NCBI GenBank assembly: GCA_010015805.1
Contig: ML978133.1
Coordinates: forward strand, 558,001-622,000
Reading direction: 5' to 3'
Origin: Rhizodiscina lignyota
Taxonomy: Eukaryota
Length of the DNA: 64,000 nt
Part shown: positions 1 to 12,800 of the stretch, piece by piece
Layout of the letters: the number at the start of each line of letters is the position of its first letter
How positions within the stretch are numbered: the stretch's first letter is position 1
Program-made: the position numbers and the translations under genes
The notes under the pieces: generated by a model
What the model was told of the DNA's origin: nothing
Database searches by the model: none
Seen by the model: the letters and a program-made list of their open reading frames with translations, nothing else

Positions 1-405
1 ACACGCGTATCCGCCAAGATCTCGAACTGAAGTGAAGCCGGACATGATGATATCGTGGAGAGACCTAGCTAGCCGTGCGCCCATCGTAGCAGGATGAGCC
101 ATGAGCATGCCGGCGAATTGGAAGTCCTTCGCACCCATCAGGTGGATGTGGCAATCCCAGAGGCCTGGCATGAGCACTGGTACTGAAATTGATGGGAGGT
201 CCTTGAAAGCGTCCGATAAGGAGGATTTGGTCGTTATATCGGCGATTTTATTATCCTTGACCACGACAGAGACATCTTCCATCGGATCGCCTCTGCCAGG
301 AATTAGGAGGTCGGCGTGAATGACGAAAGATTCCTCGTCATCGTCAACCGAATCGTCTTGGAACTTGTCAACCATTACGAAGTCTTCTTCTTTACAGGAG
401 GCCAT
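1..405 (-). CDS. Metal-dependent amidohydrolase (prolidase/imidazolonepropionase-like), 5' part; runs off the window edge
   Basis: Manual translation from ATG 405: MASCKEEDF...IHADLLIPGRGDP...PVLMPGLWDCHIHLMG...GFTSVRDLGG, containing the PG(L)xDxHxH metal motif and GxTxxRD motif. Absent from the ORF track because there is no stop in the window. Confidence 0.85.
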   Translation of the reverse strand, partial: MASCKEEDFVMVDKFQDDSVDDDEESFVIHADLLIPGRGDPMEDVSVVVKDNKIADITTKSSLSDAFKDLPSISVPVLMPGLWDCHIHLMGAKDFQFAGMLMAHPATMGARLARSLHDIIMSGFTSVRDLGGYAC

Positions 406-452
406 TGTCCTCCTTCCTCACTTGTTCTGATGAGCGGAGACAGTGAATTGAG

Positions 453-495
453 AAAGGAAGAATAAAGGAAGAATAAAGGAAGAATAAAGGAAGAA
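453..495. repeat. Tandem repeat, 11-bp unit AAAGGAAGAAT, about 4 copies
   Basis: Read directly: aaaggaagaat aaaggaagaat aaaggaagaat aaaggaagaa, in the amidohydrolase leader/promoter. Confidence 0.85.
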
Positions 496-1288
496 CTAGG
501 CGAAAGTATCTCCGTCGCGAAGTACCCAGTTTCAAGCACTCGGGGTCAGGTCAGAGCGTAAGGCTGAAGGCGGAGATTAAGAACGACATTTCACTGGACG
601 TCTCCAGGGACTTGTAGTTAAATACTCGCCTTATCGGACTCGCAGTCGATGTGGATCCATTTACAATCACAATTGGAGCCCGCATGTTGCATACTCCCAG
701 TGTCAAGGTTACGCAGGTACATCTACGCACCTGCCACATGGGTCGATGGTTTGTCTGTCAGAGTGTGTGATACAAAGCGCGGAGCAATCGCGGATACCGG
801 AACGTCAACGCAGGCGATCAGTATCGTATACCTATGCAGGGCATGATGAACGAATCATAGGACGGGCGACAGGACCGGGGAGAATTTGGAAACATAGCAC
901 ATTCCCACACGTGATATCGTCTTTTCTTAAGACCGTATTCACGATCTCGCCTCCATCGGAGTTTTCGACGCATATTTCTTTTTGAGCCCTGCCTTTGCCC
1001 CAGAGGGTCCTCCCCCAGAAGCCCTTGGAGAGCCCGACATCCGCGTTGCCACCGCTGCAGGGCCCACTCACGTGACTCGATCATCGGCGTCTCTTCTCCG
1101 CTCTCAACGGCTCGAGTCCCAGAAAGCATCATTTATCGCCATGCGACCAATTCTATCCCCTGCGCGTTGTCACCCTTGATCTACTTGCCACGATATTGCT
1201 CTGCTTAATAGATTCGCTCTGTTCAATTGTCTCTCCTAGATCATATGTTTCCCCATATCGCGTCATCTCCCCGCAATCATCTTCCAAG

Positions 1289-2440
1289 ATGCCAACGCCA
1301 AATGCTGCAGTCGTCTCTCTTCCTGCGCCAATAAACATCTCATCACCGCGGCAGACATGTCCTCCAGACCAAGAGCGGATAGTGGACAGAATCATTGAGT
1401 TGGAAAATGGTTCGGAAAGCTCAGGTGCTTCTCCAAGAAGCGTCGAGTCAGAAGCTCAGTCACGTTCGACACCTGCGACAACAATGAGCGACGGAAGCGA
1501 AGCAGGTATTACTCAAGGGAAGGAGCGCATTGGCGAGGAGCTTGCGCCGCTACGCGACACGCCGAGTCCGATGAGCGCATTAGAAGAAACGTCGTCGGAT
1601 ATTGACGTTCGATCCGCGCAGTCCCAAACTACAATGGATGGAATGGCGCTCTATCCCGATGGTATTATTGGATCGCCATACCCGAAGACGAGAGTATGTA
1701 TGTCCGATTCTTGCGCGACGGATTATAATTGACTGGGCTCCAAAACAATAGTTCTTACCCAATTCCACATCATCCTTCCTTCGGCCCGGGAGCAGATTTA
1801 CAGGCACGCAACAGTCAGACCACCAAGTCTATGAGGTCCAAGTAGACTTGAAACATGTTGATATGGATAATTCATTCCTCTGCGGCTATCTGCGGATCCA
1901 GGGTAAGCATGGTGATCGTCTGATCCGCGACCAGACCAGAAGCTAATCAGAGGACATCAATAGGGCTCACTGACGACCACCCTACTCTCACCACATACTT
2001 TGAAGGCGAGATCATCGGCTCGAAATACGTATTCCAAACCAAACATCCTGAATGGGGCTCAAATGAGAAGATTGATATGGAACACTGGGGCCGCTTCCCT
2101 GCGTGGAGGCCGCTGGCAAAAGCTGCAAAGAGCCCCAATTTCACATACAAGAACTATGCCCAACGAGAGAACATCTTTATGCGGTGGAAGGAGTACTTCC
2201 TTGTACCCAATCACCGAGTCCGGACGATCTCAGGAGCCAGCTTCGAGGGGTTCTACTACATCTGCTTCAACCAGGTGACTGGGAAAGTCAGCGGGACTTA
2301 TTTCCACGCGAAGAGCGAAAAGTACGTCATATCAAATCTGCTCATATACTGGGACATCACTGACGATCCGTAGATACCAACAACTAGAGCTCGAGCACGT
2401 GCCAGATCATGGCTGCATGGGCGCATTTGAGTTTCGATGA
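1289..2440 (+). CDS. GID4: GID complex substrate receptor Gid4/Vid24 (4 exons)
   Basis: Spliced product has SSFLRPGSRFTGTQQSDHQVYEVQVDLKHVD...[27 protein letters not shown]...FMRWKEYFLVP...ISGASFEGFYYICFNQ...YQQLEL...FEFR*. Introns at about 1694-1751, 1903-1963 and 2323-2373. Confidence 0.92.
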
Positions 2441-3500
2441 GTGACCGACGAGTGACGAATTGGTGTTAGGATACCATGGGAATCTTGTGAGAATTCTTAT
2501 ACACGCAGCGGGTTTTGGGTCACTTTGATGTCTTCGACAGCGCTTCTATCATTTGCCGGCGCAACGGTACGCCGGCCCGGCTTGTGAAACTGTAGATTTA
2601 TTCGTAAAAGAAAATACCGTCGCCGGCTGTTCGGCGTAGATTGATTCCAAGCAGTCTTATTAATTATATCTTAACTCAACCGACGACGTCTCGTTTGGAG
2701 CGAATGGGTCTAGATGGCGTAGAATTTCTGACATCTCGAGCGACTTTCAGATATACCAAAGGACAAGAAGTAAGTGTCCATCTACGTCGGCCTGAAGTGT
2801 ACTTACGTAGAAATAACGCCAGCAAGAATGAAGTACAGGCCATTGTCATTCACACACGATCTCCCTAGGCGTCCTATAAAGAGGACCGAGGACATCCCGT
2901 GGCAGTTCAACAGTCGAAGACTCCGGGGAGTCGGTGTCTAAAGGGAAAATAAAACAAGGCGACTTGGACATGATGAGGCTGGCAGCAACAGAGCATATAC
3001 TGCAAGCAGTCAGAAGGGCGGCTGAAGTTAATGGCATGAACCTGAAGACTTTGTGTCTGATGACATTAGAAGAGGCGATGGAGACGCTTCTCTAGCAGAC
3101 ATGGCCATTGACCCAGCGTTGTCACTGGAAGTAGAGAGGTGTATGAGCACTTGTACTCGCAGGATAGCTTGACTGTGGCTAGACAAGCAAGAGAGTGATA
3201 AAAGAGTTCGCCGTAGCATTCAAGACACTAGACAGCGCCAGTGTATAGCCTCTATGAATAACACGGGATACAAGTTTTTCCATAGTTTGCTACTATTTAG
3301 TACATTCCAGAGCATATATAACTGAGCTTTCAGAAGTAGTGTCAATTATCGCGAGGTGTAAGGGCTCTAAACTTTTATTAAGGTGTTACAGCCTGGCTGG
3401 CAACCAGCTATTTTGTCACCCGTGAGCCACAAAAGTTCTCGACCACACCTCACCTACTGCGCTCTCGTCAACCCAACTTCACATTACAATTTCACCCACA

Positions 3501-4554
3501 ATGAAAGGACCGCCCAAGAAGAAGCAGAAACGTGAAGATTACAGAAGCGCTCGCGTTGATGGCGAAAATGACACTAGTCTACCAAGTAAAAAATTCTACC
3601 GACAACGCGCGCACGCGAACCCTTTTGCGGATAAAGACTTGAATTAGTATGCTCACTTCTCAATATTCTAAACACTATTATGAGCCTAAGCATTTCTGAC
3701 AACCACTTCAAGTCCAACATGCCCGAAGGAGATGAATTGGGGTGCCTTGTACCCTTTCTACGCGGAAAGCACCAATGAAGACTACAATAACGACACTGAA
3801 AGAGCTGGGAAAGATCCTGATTCTACTCAACAGCAGATAAGGAAGAATGTCGAGGTTGCAGATATTGGGTGCGGCTTTGGTGGCTTGCTTTTCGGTCTCG
3901 CACCAGTTCTCCCGGATACACTAATCGTTGGTATATATTCACTTGCGGCTTCTATTTGGGCATACCTGCGAATGAGAAACTGACGAGGGTACAGGCATGG
4001 AAATCCGCACATCAGTCGCTGAGTTCGTACAAGAGAAGATCAAGGCCATGCGCTCTCAGGCCTCCAGCAGCCAGCAGGCGAGCACTTCAGAGGAGAAGCC
4101 CGACTCCAATGTAACTCCAACATACCAGAACATTGCCTGTCTTCGTGCCAATACTATGAAGTTCCTGCCAAACTTCTTCACTAAATCTCAACTGCACTCC
4201 ATCTTCCTCTGCTTCCCAGATCCGCACTTCAAGGCGCGGAAGCACAAGGCACGCATCGTGTCCACCCAGTTAAACTCGGAGTATGCGTACGCCCTGCGGC
4301 CGGGAGGCATCGTGTATACCATCACCGACGTTGAAGATTTGCATCAGTGGATGGTTGCGCATTTCGATGGGCATGAAAGCTTCGTCCGCGTGCAAGAGGA
4401 CGACATGGAGGAAAGGGAGAAGATGTGTGTGAAGGTAATGAGTGAGGAGACAGAAGAGGGGAAGAAGGTTGAGCGAAACGGTGGTTTGAAGTTGGTGGCA
4501 TGCTTTAGGAGGCTGGAGGATCCCCCATGGCCAGGTGAGGAAGCGGGAACATGA
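3501..4554 (+). CDS. TRM8: tRNA (guanine-N7) methyltransferase catalytic subunit (3 exons)
   Basis: LPSKKFYRQRAHANPF, VADIGCGFGGLL, GMEIR, FLCFPDPHFKARKHKARIVS and YTITDVEDLH are Trm8/METTL1 motifs. Confidence 0.95.
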
Positions 4555-4613
4555 TCATAGCATACAGAAACGAAGTTCCTTTTAGATCATGACAGACATT
4601 ATCATGCTGGGTA

Positions 4614-5509
4614 TCAATCCTCTATGCCTCCCCATTCATCGTCATCATCTGCCATGTCTTCAGTGCTATTGCCCAATGGCTCCTGTCCTCTCCACTTTCT
4701 GACCCGTTCATCGTCCAACGCGTCCTTCGCCCTCTCGCGAACTACCTTGTTCGGGCTCTCCTTGCGTATTTTCTCAAGAGGCTTAACCAGCGACTCGATT
4801 GGTACGTCTTCACTCTCGCCAGCTCCGACCTTCTCTAGTTCGTCTGCGTATATATCAAAGACGTGAAATCTGATGCCGTTTGGGATCTTGTTATCTGTCG
4901 GATTCAAAGGTGTCGATTCAAGAACCGCCATGTAAGCATCTATTGAAGCTGTGTTTGACCACTTGTGTCGCGAGAGGTACAAGAAGGACGCGTGTAGGTA
5001 TTGCCGGACGAGGTATAAGAATTTGTCCATCCTGTTCATCATCCTTAGCTCCAGCCATAGCATTGATAGCGTGTGAGGTGAAACATACCGCAACGCATCG
5101 ATCCCAACCCATTCCCGCGCCATTGTCTTCCAGAATGCATCGAGAAAAGGTATTACGACGTTAGGCCGGACTTCGTCGACGAGGCTTGCGAGGTCTCGCG
5201 CAAGCTGTTGTTGGGTCCTAGCCCGGTCGGACATCCACATGCCTGGGAAGCCGTGAGCATCTACAACGATGATCAAGTATGAGAGAAGATAGGCCTACAG
5301 TAAAAGAGGCCTTTCCATAACTTTAGCAGCTCCAGTTCATCGAATGAGGACCGACTGCGGAGGTATACACGGAGGCTCTCCACGGCCTTGTCTCTGATTT
5401 TGCGATCTGGTGTCGTCAGCGCGCGGAATCCGGCATATAGAGGAGTTTGTCACTGACCACTGGAAGCAAGCTGCTTTATGAAAGCACTGTTTTGCGTATC
5501 TGAAGCCAT
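4614..5509 (-). CDS. RRP1: Nucleolar rRNA processing protein Rrp1/Nop52 (multi-exon)
   Basis: Spliced N-terminus MASDTQNSAFIKQLASS-DRKIRDKAVESL...[25 protein letters not shown]...[25 protein letters not shown] matches the Nop52 domain. Confidence 0.92.
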
Positions 5510-5699
5510 TGTACGGTCCGGCGCAGTTGTGTGCACTCTTGATGTGAAAAAAGTAGCAGATGTTCGAGAAAAGTTTATCGATAAGAGGCCCACGATGATT
5601 GGTCAAAAAGGTGGCTTCTCTTTGGCGGGGCTTCTTCCTACCTCAACACAGTTCCGCCCTCTACGGAGTAGAATCGGGCAATATTGAAATTATGATCGA

Positions 5700-6150
5700 A
5701 AGAATGTAGAGATCTCTTTTATTGCCTTTAAAGACGTTTATAGCTGTATAAAAGTGTTACTAGCCTTTTTAAGCGGTATATAAAGTGTTACTATAAGTAG
5801 TAGGACGGGTACGTACGTAGGTATATAATAGCTACACTTAGGTACCCGATGTACCGAGCGTTAGGAACGTAAGTATAAAACTTTAAGGGGTTTTCTTACT
5901 TTAACCTTAAAATGTAAAATAATTATATTTACTAGCATTTTTTATACTTAACAACATCTCTATTACCTTTTAAAGACTTGCCTATAATAGTAGTGTTCAC
6001 GTGGGGTGATTACGTAATCTAGGGTATATAAAGGTTTAAAAGCCCTTTAAACTATTAGATAACTCTTTAATACAAACTTAAACCTCGCTTACCCCTCTAA
6101 ATCTTTGAATTACGCTCCTAAACGACTAGAAATTAATTCTCTAGTCGATT
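5700..6150. other. AT-rich island with a RIP (repeat-induced point mutation) dinucleotide signature; probable degraded repeat
   Basis: Visibly rich in TpA (tata, ttaa, ctag, gtac) and poor in CpA/TpG relative to its flanks. Contains an internal direct repeat tataa(a)agtgttacta at about 5747 and 5779, and no ORF. Confidence 0.7.
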
Positions 6151-6188
6151 TCCCGCGAGTTTGGATCGTGACCTCATTAAGCCCTCGC

Positions 6189-7885
6189 ATGTCCGTGTTA
6201 GTGGTCCCACCCATGTTTGGGCCGGCCACCATACCGCCTGCACAAGTGAGTCACCGCTGCTTAAGTGCATGTGTTAGCGATAAATTGATAGACTAAAATA
6301 CTTATATGTAATAGGTGCAGCAAGTGGTAGCTAATCGCGTTGACAATCTTGGGGTACGTACATTCCTCTAACACTCTGGTTCTTCACGCGTCTGACGCGT
6401 CTTCTAGCGCGAACAATACCTCGTTGAATGGCGTGGCGATTACAAGGCTGGCGCAACGCCATTTTCATGGCACACGGTTCATGAGCTGGCTCATTGTCTT
6501 TACCTCATTCAAGAGTATCTTGAGAGAAGGTAGGTACTTAGAAGTCGACGTGAGTATTATATCGCTAACTTGTTAATAGAGGCCGTATCTCTCGGAAACG
6601 CAAGTTTGGGGAAGAATATGAAGAACCACTACGCGTCTCTCCCACCACTGAGTGGCGGATGAGAGAAAAGAGTCGATCCTCATCTGTGATGAGTTCGGGG
6701 TCGGATTCATCTCGGTCTCTCCCTCCCTACATTTTCAACACTGATGAAGTCGACGCGTATAATGGCATCGTCTACAAGGACAATGAGAGCATCCTCATTC
6801 GACCTTCGGATGACCCAGAAGTAACCCAGATCGACTCAATGCGTGTCCCAACACCTGCTATGAACTCAACGTCGAGGTCTTCGCGAACCAGATCTGCGCG
6901 AGAACGGATTAGGTCTGAGTTCGTCAAGCGGTTAAATGATCTCCCTGGCGCGCCCGTGTCCCTCATCAATATAAGGGACGAGACAACTCCATCGCTCCGC
7001 TTCACTTTCGTCAATGAATCGGTTTTGCGCAAAGGCGTCGAAAGACTGGACTCTGAGTTCGTCGCAGGGTGCAGCAAATGCCGTCCCGATATGGGCCAAG
7101 GTATCGGTTGCGAGTATACGAAAATCTGCGAATGCCTTGAATATGCCGATGTAGATGTCGGCCGTTTGGACGAAGCGCAGAGGAAGATTTTCGATCCCAC
7201 AGGAGACACATCAGGCCTACCAAAGCGGTTCCCGTACGCAAGTTCAGGCCATCGGCAAGGCTGCTTGGTAGACTTCTACCTTGACCGTCGGGCCCCCATT
7301 TACGAGTGCAATCGCCAATGTAAATGCGGACCGAAGTGCAAGAATAGGTGTGTCCAGCATGGCAGGAAGGTCAAGCTGGAAATCTTCAAGACAAAGGACC
7401 GTGGGTGGGGTTTAAGAGCTAGAGAGGCATTAAGAAAGGGCGAATTTCTTGATACCTACCGAGGGGAAATCATCACAGATGAAGAGGCCACGAGGCGCGA
7501 AGAAGAAGCCAAGACGAGCAAAGAGTCGTACTTCTACTCTCTGGACAAGTTCGCCGATGACGACATCTTTGCAAATGAGAAGCCGTACGTCGTTGACGGT
7601 GAATTAATGGGCGGACCGACAAGATTCATCAACCATTCGTGCGAACCGAACTGCCGTCAGTACACTGTCTTATACAACAAATACGACCGGCGAGTTTACG
7701 AGCTGGCATTCTTCGCGTATCGCGATATTCGGCCGAGCGAGGAGCTGACGTTCGATTACCTGGACAAGGAGGAGGAAGACCAGGAAGCTGAAGAGCTCAC
7801 AAGCACACAACAGAGCGAAGGAGGGAAACAACAAATCGAATGCAAGTGCGGCGCGCAGAAGTGCCGCAAATGGCTTTGGATGTGA
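6189..7885 (+). CDS. dim-5: Histone H3K9 methyltransferase (DIM-5/Clr4/KMT1) with N-terminal chromodomain-like region; exons 6189-6245, 6315-6353, 6408-6529, 6580-7885
   Basis: Cys-rich pre-SET (IYECNRQCKCGPKCKNRCVQHG), SET motifs RGWGLR, RFINHSCEPN and ELTFDY, and post-SET CKCGAQKCRKWLW. Three upstream exons joined by GT-AG introns stay in frame with ORF 6659-7885. Confidence 0.93.
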
Positions 7886-9862
7886 GAAGACTATGGCATT
7901 TAGGGGTCTAGCTAGAGTATGCATCACGGTATGCACGGGCTGGAGATGAACTACAATGATGCTCAGGGTGATTTGTATCTCGAGCACAACCGATAAGGGA
8001 ATTGAATTTCATAGCTGTGAAAAAGCTTGGGTTTCCCAAGAAAAATACATAGTGCGCCTTCGCCTTACAAGTCCATCCCACCAACGGTAAGGCATCCTGC
8101 GAATTGCCATTAGGCGAAATCGGCCCTCCAGGGAGGGCTGCATTGAAGAGCTTTTGTTTCGATGCTGTACATAGAAATGTTTCCTGTAGGCGCCCTCTTC
8201 CCTGCCTTCTCCGGTGAAGGTGGGTTTGAAAGGGCCGCTTTGGCGCTTTGTGCGTAGCACCGCCCGGCTGGAAAGCAGGAATACAGCGTCGTGTTCGATC
8301 TGAGCGGAGAATACTAACACTATCAGAGAGCATGTGAACTGATTATTCGTGGGACGCGGGCGCAGCGGGCTGGCGCCAAAGTGGATGCATTGTATGGGTA
8401 TTGCAGCAAAAGCAGCATGCCCTCAGCGGATACCTTGAGGGACGAGATACGAAGTGCAGCGTCGGAGAATGAGAGCGGACTCTGGTCTTGGGCCTGCGGT
8501 GCCATCCTTGCGATTGATTACGAAATGCTCCAGATAGCAGGCTGGCTGTTAGACGAGGACAGAGGGGTGATGAAGAACGAGATTTTCTCGGATGGCCGGC
8601 GATGCAATTGGGCGCTTGCCAACCGGAGCACCACTGCTTTTCCTTAGGTAGTGCTCCGTCAGTGTGAGCCTAAATGCTGGCCTGCCAGATTGCTTGCTGC
8701 TAGGCCTGGAAAATATTCGGGCCAGGACCGGAGCGCCCGCCCGCGTGAGAGCTTTCAGCAGCAGAAACAGCCGTTTTGCTCCCGGCGAACAAATTTGAGC
8801 GGCACACCTCTCAAACTTCTTTAGGTTGTCCACGCTTGCCCACACCACTTCCACAACCCACCGTTCGCCGACAACACGAAGTACTCCCAGCTTCGGGGCT
8901 TTCTGTGAGCTTCTCGCAGCTCATCTACAGTCAGCTCTGACGCTGCCTTGCTGAGCGCAGCCACCCAAACCTTCTCTCCGACCCGCGCTTCGCTGGCTGC
9001 CTTCCTCCGACCTCTACCGCACAGTAAATTATCACTCCTCACCACCTTGCCTCTTGGGCATACAGCCTCGCCCGTCTCTGGCCTCACAACTCTTTCCAAG
9101 GTCAGTACAGTATCTATCGTGTCTCTCTCACGCAGTCCGGGGCTTGCAGCGCTGCGCACATAGGATGCCAGCGGAACACGAAACGCGCATTGAAGCTGCG
9201 TTTGCGAATCGTCCGGCCTCTCAAGGCACACTGCTCTTCTAGCGGAATTACGCATTTTTTTCAGAATCAAGCTCGAGTCCATATCGCTGTGTGGCTTTCG
9301 TGTCTTTCTCGGCACACGAATTTGGTCGCTCCGACGATTGCTACCTTCAATTCTGCACCCAGTCACCCGACACGGTTGTTACGCGATACTACACACATGC
9401 AAAGCTCATTGTGCTACAATTTTCAAGATCAAATCAGCTGACGCTGTTCGTACAAACAGACACTCCAAAGAGTGACACAGGCCCAACGAGCATATCTGAC
9501 GCCCAAGGCCACACATCCTACTTGTCCAACAACGCATCACACATTAACACACCAACGCATCGTCGCGGCGCGCACTTAAATTCGAGATCCTCGTGTGGCT
9601 GTTCCTCCCTCACCGAATCAACTCTATAAAAGTCAACCTATACAGCACAGAGCTGGAGAAGCTTGTGTATGAGAGCGTGCCAGTGACGCTCTTTGGTGCG
9701 CGACGATCCGGTGCGGAGAGGGTGGGAGCTGCACCTCTCCGGACACTGAAAACGAGCTTTGTGTGGTGCAGAAAGAGTGTCGTGTAGGGCTGAGAGCCGT
9801 ACGAGCACCGCTTACGAGACACCTTGCAGGATCGATCAGATCTCAGAGTTATAATCGGCACA

Positions 9863-12800
9863 ATGAGTGCATCAAAAGGGACGTTTTCGTATGCCCAGGC
9901 GGCGAAAGGCCTGACCGCGAGCGCAACCTCAAATCCAAAATCAGCCCCAACACTTCCGTCGACTGCTGAGCAAAAACTATCGACGACTCCAAGTTCGCAT
10001 CGTGACCCTGTGATGCAAGAGAAGGACCAGCATGGCAATACTGCAGTCCAAGCGCATCCGGCAAATGAGGATGAGTCTTCTGAAGCTGCCAAAGTTGGCA
10101 AGGCGCAGTCCGAAAATGCCGCAAGTCCCCGCATTAATGGGATCTCTCCACCAGCATCTCCGGACTTTGGCATTTCGTCAACATCAACGCTCGTAAAGGA
10201 AGACGACCAGTCGTCGGCCCATCCCACCTCGTCAGAATCGACGTGGGATAACAAGTCGACCACATCTTTGATGAATACAGAGCAGAGCTCGGACCAGACT
10301 GAAATTGCATCTGACAAGGGCAAGAGCAAGGTATCTCAAAAAGAAACCGAAAAGGAAAATGAGGCACTTCAACAGGAGACCTTGCAAGAGGCCCGTCCAC
10401 CGGTTGTCAATATCTGGAAACAGAGAGCGGAAGCAAGAGCTGCCACTCAACCGAGCAAGCCCACAAACCAGATTCCAAGGAAAGTGCCTGGTACGTCTGG
10501 TGAGCTTGCCCAGAAAAACTCCGAGTTGAGCAAGTCTGGAGATCGAAAGGGTGCACTCGCCAGCACATCCGTAGATACCAAGGAAGACTCGAAACCGTTC
10601 TCAAAGGACAGGAAATCGGATTCGTTTCCAAATGCGCGAAGTCAAGGCGAGCAGGGAAGTGGATTTCGCCGCCGTGAGCAGCGATCTGTTGAAGGTCGGA
10701 AAGCATCTGGCTCGACGAGAAATTCTTCACGGGAAGAGAAGATTGTGTCAACTCTGCCGCTTCCTCCGGAACATGATAAGGAGTCTTGGCCGACGGTCGA
10801 CACCGCTGAGACCCATGACAAAAGGAGAGTTCAAGGGCAGGAAAAACCGGACAAGTCTGAGAAAGGAGAGGAGGCCGCTCCTGAGAAGAAGAAAGCTCAT
10901 GGAAAGAACGCTTGGGTTAGCGTTGAGTTCACCCCAACGGTTGTCTTCAATACTCCGCTGCCTCCTTCTGGCAGAAGAGGAGGTAGAGGAGGCGGCCGAG
11001 GCGGTCGAGAAAATTCAAGAGGTGGATCATCAGCTGCGAACAATAGCAGCCCTGGAGAGAAAGGACGGGCTCCTCTTTCAACTCTTCCAAACGGTGAGCA
11101 GTCCCACCCGGACACAACGGATGGAGCTGCGAGAAGCACTTCTCCCTCGAAACTCGCGAGCCCCAACCGCGAAACCTCCCCTTCAAAGTCGTCAGAGCTT
11201 ACCGCAGTCAATCCTACAGTCACGTCTACCTACCCCCGAGACACCTCTCCGACAAAAGTTGAGGGCGGACCGAATGGACACCACCGGCGATTTAGCACTG
11301 ACCGTGCTCAGAACGGTAGTGGTTATGGCTCAGTTCGAGGCTCCGGAACTCGTGGTAGGGGAAGGCGAGGTGATTTTGGTACAACTCCTACAGAGAGGCG
11401 GCAGGACCATGAAGGTCCGACTTCATCCTTTGGCGAATCACAGGCTCGCCACCACGATCGTCGAGAATCGGTTGTTTCAGCTGCAGATGAGAACGGAGAC
11501 CGTCGGGGAAAACCGCCTTCGGACGAGGGATTTGCGCAGTCGAGGCAGCAGCTTTTCGATCGTCGAGGTGCTGCACCGTTCCAAACATCGCGTCCTCGGG
11601 GCAGCATGCGCGGAGGTCGAGGTGCGCACAGTTACCAGAACAGCCAACATCTACCGAACCAACAATTCGTCAATGGCCAAACGCCCGTCCCTCAGCCATA
11701 CGGATATCCTACGTCCAGATCTCCTCCTGGATGGCAGCCTGAGCAGCAAGGTCCATACTACCCTCCTGGGCAGGGGCAACACTCCAAGACGTTCCGGGGT
11801 GGATCTTCCAGGGCGCAGTCGATACCCTCTGACGCTGCCTATGGAAGATTCAGCAATGTTTACGGTGCTGCACCTCCCCAAATGACGCCACTGCAGACAT
11901 TCATGGGCAACGTGTACGATCCGCAACATGCTGCGCAAACCATGACTGCTATTCCGTATAACCAATACGCCGACCAATACACGGTTTATAGTCAAATCTC
12001 AATGCAGCTGTAAGTAAACACTTTGGGCCCTCTAGTTTTTGTTCTAATTATAGCAGGGAGTACTACTTTTCCGTTGACAACCTCTGCAAAGATGTCTACC
12101 TCCGAAAGAATATGGACACTCAGGGCTATGTGTTCCTCTCGCTTATCGCAAACTTCAAGCGGATAAAGTCACTTACACAGGACCTCGAGCTTATCAAATA
12201 CGTCTGCTATCAATCACCAAACATTGAGTGGCATGTTGCTGAGGACGGCAAAGACCGGTTACGAAAGCGCGAGAATTGGCAACAATGGGTTCTGCCTACG
12301 GAAGAGCGAGATCCGAGTGCTCAGAATGATGGACCAGCCGATGTCAAGACTCCAGCTCTTCCAACACCGCAGGGCTTTGAAGACCATGTACCAGGACGGC
12401 ATTCTATTGGAGCGATGCCTCAGAGTGCAGCTGCTACAACGGCTCCGTGGAATCCGGCAAACGGCACTGCCGTTCCATACAGCATGGTCTCGCCAACAGA
12501 ACCCCAGCACGCGCAGCAGGTGCAACAAGGTCAGCTGATGATGATGAACGGCTTTGATAATCCTGGTTACTTGATGGGCAGTTCCACCTTGCCCGCACCA
12601 ACTCCTCCAATGGACCAGGAACCCGATTCATTTTCGGACGCGCAGATGGAGAATCTTTCAGTCATTGTGAGGAAAGGACCAGGAAGTGACGAGACAAAAG
12701 CACCTGCTGCTGAGCGAGCATTATCCAACGGCTCCATCGATGGCAGCAACTCTGCTGAGAACCGCACTGCCGAGCAACAGGACTCTGCGCCCGTGCTGAA

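Noticed and set aside
2640..3400. Possible decayed ORF or lightly RIP-affected sequence between GID4 and TRM8
   Set aside because: Short broken frames with no recognisable homology, so a pseudogene call cannot be supported.
7908..9800. Short ORFs between dim-5 and the LARP gene (e.g. 8323-8505 possibly spliced to 8009-8300)
   Set aside because: No domain similarity and ambiguous splice signals; likely UTR or promoter sequence.
10632..11885. 417-aa alternative-frame ORF inside the LARP1-like gene
   Set aside because: It overlaps a well-supported CDS and has no recognisable domain, so it is most likely a shadow ORF.
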